A stretch of 64,000 bases of DNA, taken from the NCBI GenBank assembly GCA_964276515.1, contig OZ193909.1:4154001-4218000 (forward strand). Reading direction: 5' to 3'. This DNA is from Gordius albopunctatus (lineage: Eukaryota). The stretch's first letter is position 1. Every line of letters begins with the position of its first letter. Shown here in pieces: positions 51,601 through 64,000 of this stretch. A program made the position numbers and the translations under genes. A model generated the notes under the pieces. That model did no database searches. It was given only the letters and a program-made list of their open reading frames with translations, and was not told where the DNA came from.

Positions 51601-54600
51601 GGGGTCTAGATGACCCCAATAAAATTAATTCGATAATTTTGGAAATTTTTTGTCTTGATATAACCAAGTTATAGCCTTGTAAAGTCTTAACAACCAAGTC
51701 ACAAAGCTTCATCGACGAATTCTTAATAATTTTTATCGTTAAGTTTCTGTTCTATATATGTGAATAATGAAAAACAAGTCGTTTATCTACTTATTAATAT
51801 CGATTTTATAATTATGTATTTTAATATTGTGAACCAATACGGAGTTGGCAGAATCATAGATTTTTTAGTTGGATGTTAATTCTTTTTTCTCGTGATATAC
51901 TCCCTCCCCAGCCCCTCTGTATGATTTATCAATAATCAGATCATACGATTTTGTCTCATTATTTTTGTTCTTATTTTTGGTTGAAAAGTTTAATTGTACG
52001 AAAACAAAGCCACATATATGAACATAAAATAAAAGAGACACGATGGTTAAATTCAAAGATCTACACATCATCATTGTCGTTTTAAGTAGGGCAAGAGTAG
52101 TCAAGGAATTAATAAAAATCCCAAGAGGTTGCCCGGGTAAAAGGTCGCGGAAAATTTAGATTTCGGGAAAAGTTTTGCGATTTCCTTAAAAATATCTATG
52201 GCCTGTTTACCGAAGGAACCAGAGTATGAGGCAGCACCCACGGGGATAAGAATATGGGAAAATCATAATTACACATTATCACCTCAACACATTTTAACGT
52301 ATTATCATTTTAGTAATTATTCTTTATTCATTTGCTTCCCAAATTTGTAGCAGCCCCGAAAAAGCGGCCTTTCTCGAAGTACCGGGCTCAGATGGTGCAG
52401 AATGCTTTAGCGCATCCCCTAGTCCAATGAGATATTCCTGCAGCGAACCCTGTTTTGATAAGTATTCCACAAGCAGTAGCACACCCCCAGTGCTAAGTCT
52501 CAATCAAGGAGGCCAGGGCAAAGAGAGCAACTCGAGCAATACTACACTAACTGGTGGTGTAAAGCGGGATACAACCCCCGGGTCCACTGGCTCTTCAACC
52601 TCCTCACCGCTGGGAGATGACCTTCTCCGTGGATCAGAAGATCGAGGTGATGAGGGATGTAGTGCTTCTGTTGTGTTATTTTGGGAAGATTTTAACTAGT
52701 TTTCCCCAGGGTTTTTAGCGTTTTTTATAAGTCACGCAGGGCACGTTTGGGGATTGAATGATGTTATTGGTGTAAGCTTTTTGTAATATGATGTGTGCCA
52801 GGATTTACGAGACAGAGAGATCTTGGAGTTTAAATTTTTATTATTATTAATTTTAAAACGGATTTGGATGTGTCGCTCGCTTTTGTAATACAGAGGTCTT
52901 GTGGGCTTTATGATTATTTACAGATTTCTAAGACTTTTATGAGGGGTCAAGTTTGGCCAATCGGCTCGAGGACTGGCCGCTTGGTCTGGCATATAGAGTT
53001 TAAATTTTTCCTTAATTTTGAACGATTGTAACTTGATCTAGTAATCCTAGCCTTTATTGTGATCAAAATGAAGAATCAAATTTGGGAAAATAATAAATTA
53101 GTTTTGGGCCTTATATCATTTTTATATGACAGGGATGTAAAACGTTTTAAATTTGAAACATATTTTTAATAAATATAATAAAATATTTACAAATTCAAAA
53201 GTTGAAACTAACATTTGCAGTTATTTTTTAACATCTCTTTGTTGTCAATATTTGATTTTTCGAAATTTTTAGTGGAAGATTTAAGGCTTTACTTTCAAGT
53301 GGAATCGGAGTTCGAGAACGGTACCAAAAATCACGATCACATCTGCACAAATAAAGAATACCAAAAATGTAAAAATCAGCGATTAAATATCATTGTAAAG
53401 CATAAATATGTTGAAAATCATCTGCATTTTGAGTTCCTACACGTGATTTAGAGCATATTTTTACACTTAATGAAGTATTAAATGTTTATAAATTTACGAA
53501 AAACTTGCAAATTATGCGCTATTTATTTCATTTCATTTATATTTTAAAAAACATTAAAATGTGATATTTGTATTATGATTTAAAACTTCTTTTGTTCACT
53601 TACTAGCATACCTGCTCGTTCTAGCAGAGATTTTGCTTTACCTAATCGTGCCAGGGGAGGAGTACACGCGACCGGTTAAAACTTTATTAGCCGTAATATC
53701 TTATTCTATTTGTTAAATAGAATCATTAAGAACTTAATTAGTTAAGGGATTAAGCAAGGCTTCTAACTTTGCATATTTGGTGTAAATTTTTTTTTATCAA
53801 CCTTTCGATTTCGCTAATTTTTGTCTGCTGTTTTTATGGTATATGCTTAACGTTTTACCTTGGATTTTGTTTGGATTCACCGGGCATTTTGGACTAAGTA
53901 CCAGAGGTCAGATTTATTAGAATTTTTCTCCCCGAACCCGGCCCGGCCCGATTTTATAATTAATCTGCCCGCCCAACCCTTCTATGTGTCCGCCCGACAA
54001 TGCCCGAACTGCCCGCCCCGAAATGGTGTGTTTTAAAATTTTTAGCACTAATATCGTTATATTTTTTACAAATTTTATCTTAATTTTTGATTTTTTTTTA
54101 ATGAGAACTAGAATTAACTAACATTATGAAATCAATTAAAAAAGTGGCAAATATACACAAAAACAATATAATAAATTATTTTAAATATAAAATTGACCCC
54201 GAATCGCCCGAATCTTGTTATGGTGCCCGCCCGAAAATTAAAATTTACGACAGTTGCCCGATCCGTGGGCCGGGCGGGCAGGTTCGGGCAGCGGGCCAGG
54301 CAAATCTGGTCTCTGCTAAGTACACCGAAATGCTAAATTAAAAAAAATTAATTGCTTATAAAATATATACTTTGTAACTGCATACGAAAGTTTAATTAAC
54401 TTCATACAACATCTTTTATACCCTTTTTTAACTAACGAATTAAATTAAATAGTCTAAATTTATATTAATCACTCGGAAGGGGCTACAAAATACATTCTAA
54501 ACATCCCGTTAATTGTTATGTCATCTAATAAAATTGACAAATTTCGCGATTTTCTCTCCATTTTTCGGTCATAACATACATATTGCTTCAAAAACCTTTT

Positions 54601-57600
54601 TCTGACGCAGGAAATTTTGGTGAACGTTGTGCTAGTACCCGTTATCGAAACCTTTTCCGACCCCGATCACATCAATCAAATGATCATTTGGCTGGTAACC
54701 TTAAAATCATTTTCGATTTTAAAGGCTGTTTTACGCACTCTTATCGAAGTTAAAAATTTTGTTTTTTACAAGGGCAGGTTATATATTGATTTTCATTTAT
54801 AAGATTGGGTGGGCGTTACATTGTGCTAATATATTTTAGAATGAAAAGGAAAAGTAATCCATAATGAGTGTGGTCAGTTTGCATTTGTTTTGTGTGAAGA
54901 GAGCCCTGTTAAAATTGCTTTAAAACAACGCTTTTGCACATCATATATTAGCTATCACCTTTAGACCTCTAAAATGCCCACGTTCATATTATTTTTATTT
55001 TAACGGTAATGCTGGTTTTAAGTTTTAAACTTTGTCCGAATTTTGTAATGAAGATTATTGTTTATAAGCTTAAGAGAAACGGTATTATGGGCCATAAAAC
55101 ATACTATTGTTTGCCTTATTCTATGCCAATGTTTTGTGTTACCCATAAGGGAAAGATCCAAAAATACTGCAAGATAATATAAGAGACACTAGTATGGTGT
55201 TGTAAATAATATAGCACAAGGCCATTAACGTAGCCAGCTTTGGAATTAGAGGGGGGCAATAATGATTTAGCGAGGGGCAAAATGATTATTTTTCGAATTT
55301 TAGCCATAATTTTAATAAATTTCAACAATTTTTGGAATTAGAGGGGGGCAGGCGCCCCTTCCTGCCCCCCCCCCCGGCTACGCAAATGCACAAGACTGCA
55401 CGTTGTAACTATGGAGCTTTCTAATATTACTGCATTTAGTAAGAATATATATTAAATTATTTTTTTGCACCTCGATATTTTGAAGTGTGGCAACTACGGT
55501 GTAACGAGCGACCAATTTTTGGACGTGATTAGGATGAGTGAAAGCCTAGCAGAATTGGAAGCTGTTAAAGAGATCGTGATTCAAGAAATGGGTCACGAGA
55601 GGTCCAAAGATAGCGGAGGAACCGATGGTAAGCAAATACCATCCTTATTCACCTTTAAAAATACAGAATTACTTATTGTTAAAGCATCGGCTAACTTCGG
55701 TTTGCTAATTTATTGTGTTTATATACACTTTAAAGTGGTTTTTGAAAATTTGTGAATGCAGAGCTATCGCTGATCTTCTTCTTTATCAGTTATTTGGTCC
55801 TACATTGGTTGGGTTTGTTTTGATAAGTTTCTTCCATCTTGACCTCCTCTTTTCCCAGGTACCTCCATGTGCAGTACTTTTCTATTTACGTCATCGGTAT
55901 CCCTCGTTACAAATAATTGATTTTTTTTAAATAACACTACTTTTAAAAAATATTTAGCTGCAGCTGAAGGCCACTACTTATAACAAGACGTGGAGGTATT
56001 GACGTGCTATCCTTAGAGGTAGCATTGGCATTTTTGGAAATATAATTCAACACTTTAAGCAAGTAATAACAGAAGTCTACATAAAAACAATTCTGCAATC
56101 GGACCTTAAATCTGGTACAGAATTTTGCGCTGAACAAATAACTGTTTTCACTTTTATTTTCCAATATTTCCTTTTTTAATTAAACGAGGTTGAAGATGCA
56201 AAAACTGCCCATTCTAATCTTTTTTGAGTCTATATTGCAATGGCATTCTTAATTTATCTTCTTTCTTCTTTATCAGTTATTTGGTCCCACATTGGTGGGG
56301 TTTTTTTTGATGAGTCTCTTCCATCTTGACCGGGTTAGTGCCATGTCTTGACGAATCTCTTTAGTTTCCATAACTTTATCGACTTGCCTTTTCCACGTGA
56401 CACGGGGTCGTCCTCTTCCTCTCTTCCCCGGTATTTTCATGTCTAGCACTTTTCGATTTACGTCATCCGGGTCCCTTCTTAGTATATGCCCATACCACCT
56501 TAGCCGATTTTCGTTAATCATGTCCGCCATAGGTTGAATACCCATTTTTGTCATGAGAAAGTCATTCGTCATATGGTCGAGCTTAGTATACCCCAAGCTC
56601 CACCGTATCATTCTCATCTCCGTGGCTTGTAATGGCTTTCCTTCCGTGGTGTTTAATGCACATATTTCACTTCCATAGAGTAACACCGGTATTACGATGG
56701 ATTTGTAAGCTTTGCTCTTCAACCATATTGGCATTTTCTTGTAGCACATTACACCGGATATACTTCGCCATTTAAGCCATCCTTTTTGAATCCGGGCATT
56801 GATTTCAGTTGCGCAACCTCCCTCTTGATGTAGCATAGAGCCGAGGTAATTAAACCTGTCTACTTTTGGGTACTTTAGGTGGTCATCCAGCGATGGGGTG
56901 CTTGTACCGTTCATTTCCATGTATACCGTTTTTCGATCGTTGACCTTTAAACCATATTCAGCTAAGCGGTTTGACCATTTTTCGGCTTCTTCGAATACCT
57001 TCTCCCTTGTTTCCTCGCATAGTACTATATCATCGGCATATAGCATACACCATGGCGAAGGCCTTTGAACGTCCCTCGTTATCGTGTCTATAATTATATT
57101 AAATAAAAAGGGACTTAAAGCAGAGCCTTGATGTAATCCAATATTAACCCGAAAAGTTTTAGAGTCTCCAACTGTCTTCCTAACGCAAGAGTTTGAAGCT
57201 TCATAAATATTTTTCATAAGCCGTACATAGGCGTCAGTGATATTTTGTTTCCTCAGGCACCACCATATTAAGTCGCGGGGGACCTTGTCGTAAGCTTTCT
57301 CCAAGTCGATAAAAACCATATGTAGGTCTTTCCTCTTTTCACCATACTTATCCATCATTTGTCTCAGGGCGAAGATTGGGTCGATTGTGGATTTGCCGGC
57401 CACGAATCCGAATTGATTAGCCGATATTTCCACCTCGCTTTTCAGCCTTGTTATTAAGATCCTTTCCAAAAGCTTCAAGGAATGGCAAGTTAGCTTGATA
57501 CGTCTGTAATTGCCTCAGTCCTGAGGGTCTCCTTTGCCTTTAAATAATGGTATAATCTTGCTTGCTTTCCATTGATTAGGGATTTGCTCTTCTATCAAAA

Positions 57601-60600
57601 TCTTGTTAAGGAGGTTTGTCATGGTGGTGACTCCTTCTTCACGACATCCGAGCAATGCTTCCATAGCTATTCCATCTGGACCAAAAGCTTTTCCTTTTTG
57701 CATCTTGTTCATTTGTGTTCTAACTTCATCCTCCTGAAAGAGTTCGACCATATTTATATTTGGCCTAATTTCGGGAAGGAAATCCTTGTCATTTGCAATA
57801 TTCATAAGTTTCTTAAAATATCCTTTCCACCTTTCCTTAACTTCTTTCGGCTTGAATAAGGTTTGACCCTTCTCGCTTTTGACTATTTTAAGAACTCCGA
57901 CATCGCGACTTTTCTTCTCCCTTATCTTGGCCAATTTGTACATAGGCCTATCGCCCCCTTTATTATCCAGTTTGTTTGCCATCTCGGTGTACGCGGCATT
58001 CTTCGCTTTTGCAACGGCCTTTTTGCGGCCCTCTTTGCGTACCCGTACTCTTGATAATCCTCCGACTTTTTTGATTTATGCTACCGTCTATATAGATTTT
58101 TATTTCTTTCGATTAAATATTTAACCGACTAATCCCCTACCATAGTTCCCTATTCATATGGTTGCCTCCTTTGGTCTGTCCTAGAACACGAATCGCTGTT
58201 TCCTTAATGTCCTTAGATAGCGTTTCCCAATCGTCGTCTACGTCCCTTTGCGATTTCCTAGCACCCAAGAGTGACGAGGCTTTTTTGGTATTCTTTGTTC
58301 GTCGACGTATCCTTTAGCCTTTCGTATCGAATTCAAGTTCATAGAACTTTCTTCTTTCGGGAAATACTCTTCTGTCAAAATCCATAACAAGGGGACGGTG
58401 TTGCCTGGCGATTTCTTCTCCCGGTATCACTTTGCAATCTTTGATACTCCATAAGTCCTTTCGCCGTATAAGCAAATAGTCGATTTGACTAAAATGCTTC
58501 CCACTTCTATAGGTCACAATATGATCTTCGCGCTTTTGAAAATAGGTGTTAACGATCGCCATGTCATATGCTTGGGATACTTGGAGAAGTTTTTCCCCTT
58601 CTTTGTTTTTCAGACTATGCCCATAGCCTCCATGATTGCGTTCATACCCGAGGCGATCTTTCCCAACGTGAGCGTTGAAATCGGCCCCAATAATTAGCCT
58701 TTCTTCCTGTCGGATTCCTTGTATTTCCTTTTCCAATGATTCGAAGAATATGTCTTTCTCTGATTCCGAACACCCAATTTGGGGAGCATACGCGCACATA
58801 ACGGTTTGGAGGCCCCCTTGATCCGCAATCTTCACCCACATTAGCCTGTCGGAACAACGTTTGACTTCCACCACCTTGTCCTTGAACGATTCGCTTAGAA
58901 CGATACCGACCCCGTTTCTACGATTTGGTGACCCACTGTAGAAAATCTTGTATCCTTCTCCTAATTCCCGAGGTTTCGTTCCGTTCCACCTCGTCTCTTG
59001 TAGGCAGACGATGTGCACCTTTCTTCTTTTTAGCATCTGTGCGACCTCGATGCTCTTCTACGTCAACGTTCCCACATTCCAGCACGTAATTCGCATTCTT
59101 TCCACAACTAGTTTCCTTAACCGCCTTCGTTGTGAGTTGTGCAGTAACCCTAGTGTATTTTTCACATTACACCAGCGGGGTATGCAGTACGCGTCGTTTG
59201 TGTAGGACGCCCTAGCCTTTTCTTGTAAAATCCTGTTTGAAACTATCATAGTTTTGGAGTTGATTTTTATAGCCGGTTTCCGACCTGACGCCAACCCTCC
59301 ACTTTTTGCACACGGACTTGGGACCGTCGCAGGCAGCGTTGCAGAGCTATCGCTGATAATGAAATGTATTATTTTAGGCATATACTAAGGATTCAATAGA
59401 CTTGTGCATCACTGATTTTTAGGTTAAAATTTATTAAGTAACACAGACCGCCATTTTGGATTAGATTCTTTAATATGCGCACTTAAAATTGTAAAAGATG
59501 AGTACATTAAACATGGCGACGCATATCCTTACTTGATAATTATTATCAGCTGTTCGACAGCCTGTCATCGTAGTATTTAACTGGTCGCTACGGCAAGTAT
59601 ACATTACAGCTGCTATCATATATACGTTATGCCTAAAATCCCCTTTAGACAGCGAAATTAAGCAACGCCTGCAAAGTCTAACATACCTCAAAAGACTCGT
59701 TGATTCCCGGTGTAAACGACTTACTCAGAGCTCTCCCTATGAATACGTAAGTTCAACTTCAAACCTAATTTATCCCACATTCAACGCTATTTTTGAGAAT
59801 TTTATGATTATAGAACGGATGGATATTTATATGCGGGGGCGATATTTTTTATTTTCTGGTATCAAACAATCCTTTGGTGAGCATTCTACTTTCGATTAAC
59901 AAATGTGAAATGTAACTAGGTCTGGGATTATTAAGCTAAAAAGTAATAAAAAGATATTGAATAAGTCGAAACTATTAATTTAAACGTGATATGTTCGCTT
60001 AGAAATAGGCAAGTAATTGTATGGATTAACGATTAGCTGCAAATCACATTAAACGCATCATCGTTTTGCAATTAATATCTTCTTTTAACTAATATTATGT
60101 ATAATATAAATTTTTATTTTGCATTTAAATTAAAAGTCTGTAAGGGATTAAAGATTTTTTTATTTGCTTATACACTAAGACCATGATTTACTCCAAATTC
60201 CAAAATTTTTTGATATTTGTCTGGTGTGTGGGGTATATGTAATTACTATACGTGTTATTTTAGCAATCCAAATTGAAGGGCTTACCTAAGCATCAAACAG
60301 AACAATTGCTTAACGTGAAATTCGAATTCATACTCGATCACACTCTAGCCTTAGATTATTTCCTAAGTGAGCATTTCATATTTAGTCTGTTTTTTATAGT
60401 GTATTATTATATGCCTTAGTTTTGCTATGAGAGTTTTATTTTTAATAAATTTATTTGTTTTTGTAATTAGATAAATTCATCACAACAATCATAAAGTTGA
60501 GTTAGTAAATCTAGTTTGATATTAAAATTAGACGTTGTCGTGTCATTGAGTAATCACATATTTCGCATCTTTAGATTACCTAACCTCGATCAATTCGCAA

Positions 60601-63600
60601 AATTACATGTATTTCTACCTAACCATCGAGGTAAAATTCGTATAGCATTGGATCGATTTTGTAAATATACTAAGGTATTTATGCCCATGCTAACTTAACG
60701 ACCCTTTTTTCCATATTCCTCCACTTTATTATTTTTTATCAAGTATTTAATCCCACATTCGTGGGGTTTGGGTTAAGTGCCATGTCTTGACTTATCCTTT
60801 TTTGTTTTCATAACTTTATCGACTTGCCCTTTCCACGTGACACGAGGTCGTCCTCTTCCTCTCTTCCCGGGCGGGACCTCTATGTCAACTACTTCTTAGT
60901 ATATGCCCATACTAGTGTTGTATAGTCTGTTTTCCTTGGTCCCAAAAGTAGACCAAAGGTGTAAGCAAGGATTGCCCAAAAAACCTTTGGTCTATTTATG
61001 TTTAATCGACTAAAACCAAAGGTCCACTAAACAAAACGCTGACCCATACTACCTTAGCATATTTTCGTTAATCATGTTCGCCATAGGTTGAACACCCATT
61101 TTTGTCATGAGAAAGTTATTCGTCATATGGTCGAGCTTAGTATACCCCAGGCTCCACCCTATCATTCCTTAATTGATTTTAATGCACGATTATTTCTTTC
61201 AGATTGGCCTAAAAATTATCGGCCTCAAGGATTTACTAAAACAATTTTTTTGAGCCAATCGTATCTTTGAAAATCTTAAATTTAGCATTTTCTTTAATTT
61301 ATATTTGATGGTTTTGATGCATTTCCTGCATTTTGTATTTAAGTCGTTCAGGTCCCTGGCCAAACAACATATCTCTCCGGACACGATAAACCAATTGTCT
61401 CATAGCAACCCATCTAATCAGCCCATCAACGTTAAACTAGTCCGAAACGAGGCCCAAAAGATATTAGATCAGTACTTGTCCGAAAAGGTTACCATTTTTA
61501 CAAATTTAAGCTCACCAAATTAGTTTTTATTTTTTTTGAAACCATTGAAAACAATACTAATATTTTTTCAAATTTCTTTAAAATAACAATAACCTTTTAA
61601 TCGATTTCGTATCTCGTCAGATGAATTAAATCTATTATTTTTTCCTATAGGCTCCGCACTTTATACGCCTCAATCAAGCTCACGTCAAAGTTTTGAGGTC
61701 CAAGATCAAAAATGAAATTCCCAATCCGCTTTGGTTCGACGACCTACAATTCGAAGTTTGTTGTGCTGATTTGTTAACCATAATGTAACAAACAATCGCT
61801 ATTTTTACTTCTCCGTGGCTATGATGAATGCATTTGATTATAAATTAGCAAATAATTTTATCAATAACTAACGCGCTTCATCTTGGCCAAATATTTTTCC
61901 CCAAAATAAAAAGATTTATATCTTGAAAACCTTCATTATGTCCCCTATGTCAAATATTTGGCCAATTCCATGTCTGCATAGACCTAGCCGGGGGAGGCAG
62001 GGATTCTAAATCCAAAAACCTTTAAAACTTAAGTAATTTTTATTGCCCCCCCCTTTATATAAACCCTGGGTACGCCCATTCGTGTCTGCTACATTCCCAA
62101 GTTTTGTCATCCTAAAAAATAGTAAGCAATGTGAGACCTTGAGTATGATAGTGTTATTTTCCGAAACAAAGGTAATCATGAATTAGAAGTTAGCAGGTAT
62201 ATATAAAAATCTTTCTGCTTTTGCAATCCTTTTAAACGAAAGTAGATTTTTCTATGAATCATTTAAGAATAATTTATTACTTCGACATTGGAATTTACAG
62301 TTTTATGGAATTCAGAAAATTTTTACAGGGTTTTTTATTTTCGGCTTTCACATAGTACTCCTTGACTTCTACTTCCATCTATTGGAGCTTTATTGATCAA
62401 TCATTATAATTTCGTTAATTGTACCTAAAAAATTCATAGTTTATTGATTATATTACTGGTACCGAATTCGCTTAATCAATGATTTAAAATAAGATTAGCG
62501 ACATTTCTTCGGCTTTTCGCAGTAGTTTAATGACGAAAATATGCGAGGAATAAGCAAACACACAATATAATAAATTAGTGTGTAACAAAAACTGGGCTAG
62601 AAAATTTAATTTTAAGCGATTACCATGAAAAACAATTTCTTACTCATTTAGCTATTCTATTCAAGGTGTCTGTCACTATCTCACCTTGGATGTTTATCAG
62701 TCTTTAGTCACGAAACGCCCGCATGTTTACTAATAAACTCCTAAAAATTGGCTTTTTTGACGCTCTTTGAGAGATCAAAAGCATTTCTCTGTCTTCTTTG
62801 TGTCCTATATGAGCGTTGAATTCAATATTTTAAATAGAAGTAAACCAGAAAATATTTTCAAAAAGTTAATTGTATCTCTACAAATAGTGTAATCGATTTA
62901 TTCCATTATACCTCGCACAGCTTTTGAACATGTTTCTCAAAAATAACGGTTTGTTCGACAACTTCAAACGAAGTCCGCTCTTCGTTAAAATGCTGGCCGA
63001 GATGGACTTGCTACCAGACGCTCGTGATTCTTCAGAAACAAGTTCAACTCACGAAAGTACAGTGCTACAAAAGTTTTATAATTGAAAAATAATCGATTTT
63101 GATTTGTTTTTTCGAAATCCTAGTACTGTTTTGTAACGCTTTCTTATCGGTATTTTTATTTTGACCACCTCGTTTCCACATGTTTAATGAATCAGTTTGA
63201 CATAAAGATAAACGCGTTTTTAAGAAATAGTGGTTGTTATAACTGGATCTATAAAAGCATTAAATCCCGAAAATAGAGATTCAGTGTTTTTAAAATGCCT
63301 GGGTTTTGTTGGATCAATCTTTTGGTCCATGAGACTAACTCTCGACTAAGAAAACAGACAAAACGTTTGGTCTGGGGTCATGTTTTGTAGACTAAAACCA
63401 AAACCCAGTCGTTTTTACGACACTGAATCAAAGCCTCAACTTAGAGAGGTATATTATTGTATTAGATTTATTTGATTTTGAATAAAAAATAAGTTATTTA
63501 ACACATAATAGGTGTAATAGATATGTTAAAAATATTGTTATGAAATAAATTTCAATTTATTTGTCCTTTCTAAAGTGTAATTAAAACATTCTTTGTTATT

Positions 63601-64000
63601 AGTGTTTTAAAGGGATTTGTGTAGTCGATTTTGGTTCAACTAGGACTAACGGTCGACTTAACAAAAGCAGACCAAAATCCTCTGGTCTGTTTTTGTTATT
63701 TCGACTAAGCCTAGAAGTCGATCAAACAAAAGCCAAGTTGTGTTTTAAAACTTTACTAATTTGCGCGATGTTAGATGATACGGTCTCGAGCTCTTACAAA
63801 GCCCCGTTCATTACTTTTAACGAATCGGTCGAGGGAAAAAGCAAGAAAATGGCGACCATCGACACGACTTATAACTCCTCTGCCTCGAAAAATCAGCAGG
63901 CCACGCTCAAAACTTCCACACCGAGGCAGGCATCTTTTAGTAATGGGGCTCCTAAGCAATACGATCTCCCGCACAACTTACTGAAACGGGCTCTCGAAAT
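48694..64000 (+). CDS. SNX13: Sorting nexin-13 (TM-PXA-RGS), incomplete at the window end
   Basis: Exons 48694-48800, 48843-49113, 49149-49223, 49329-49450, 51469-51591, 52351-52646, 53273-53368, 53607-53692, 54611-54694, 55486-55627, 59649-59746, 60264-60366, 60575-60630, 61344-61487, 61651-61755, 62921-63056, 63775->64000, all phase-compatible. Motifs: IIDDLLNQIVDYIFRDYVEHWYY, FSDPDHINQ, QYLSEK, FVKMLAEMDLL. Confidence 0.9.
50622..51007. mobile_element. MITE family D, right end damaged
   Basis: CAGAGACCAGA left TIR; GTGCAGCA duplicated at both flanks. Confidence 0.7.
52030..52260 (-). mobile_element. CRE-type retrotransposon 3' remnant
   Basis: Reverse complement resembles 280-430 (TTGGTAAGCAGG..TTTTTAAAGAAATCG..CCGAAATCTAAA). 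Confidence 0.6.
53902..54315. mobile_element. MITE family D
   Basis: TIRs CAGAGGTCAGA/TCTGGTCTCTG, 8-bp TSD CTAAGTAC. Confidence 0.85.
55775..55895 (-). mobile_element. Short internally deleted RTE 3' end
   Basis: CTTCTTCTTTATCAGTTATTTGGTCC.. nearly identical to 56260-56330. Confidence 0.8.
56257..59339 (-). mobile_element. Full-length but decayed RTE retrotransposon (second subfamily), antisense in an SNX13 intron
   Basis: APE+RT split across ORFs 59381-59058, 59036-58314, 57982-57515 and 57478-56273 by a stop and frameshifts. The 5' UTR is homologous to the 12.4-kb copy; probable ATG at 59249. Confidence 0.95.
59289..59341 (-). ncRNA. Twister ribozyme core at the 5' end of the second RTE
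   Basis: C^AACGCUGCCUGCGACGGUCCCAAGUCCGUGUGCAAAAAGUGGAGGGUUGGCG; P2 CGCU/AGUG, P4 ACGG/CCGU, T2 GC/GU. Confidence 0.75.
60770..61165 (-). mobile_element. RTE 3' fragment interrupted by a family-B MITE remnant
   Basis: Matches 56330-56610 with deletions; TAGTGTTG insert from ~60913. Confidence 0.8.

Noticed and set aside
51434..51712. 92-aa minus-strand ORF
   Set aside because: Antisense shadow of SNX13 exon 51469-51591.
61598..61626. Minimal hammerhead-like CUGACGAGAUACGAAAUCGAUU on the minus strand
   Set aside because: Core boxes are present but no stem I can form.
63771..63984. Two ORF-track proteins at the window end
   Set aside because: Alternative frames of the SNX13 exon starting at 63775.

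Overview
AT-rich, intron-containing animal (invertebrate-like) genomic DNA; the taxon cannot be assigned from sequence alone. Five spliced host genes were reconstructed by hand. On the minus strand: an 8-exon secreted EGF-repeat protein (1964-8458), a ~12-exon GH13 alpha-glucosidase/maltase with several frame or splice lesions (26404-35786), a MADF-BESS protein (38782-39501) and the mitochondrial Obg GTPase MTG2 (45524-47806). On the plus strand: SNX13, head-to-head with MTG2 (48694 to beyond the window end). The rest is dense in mobile DNA: one intact and one decayed full-length RTE LINE plus fragments, CRE-type RLE retrotransposons, Helitrons, hAT transposase remnants, hAT/Harbinger/piggyBac/Mutator-type MITEs and a 49-bp minisatellite. 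Most notable: both full-length RTEs begin at the predicted cleavage site of a twister-ribozyme core with compensatory base changes. The second RTE lies inside an 18-bp TSD that also encloses ~480 bp of extra downstream sequence, which looks like a 3' transduction.
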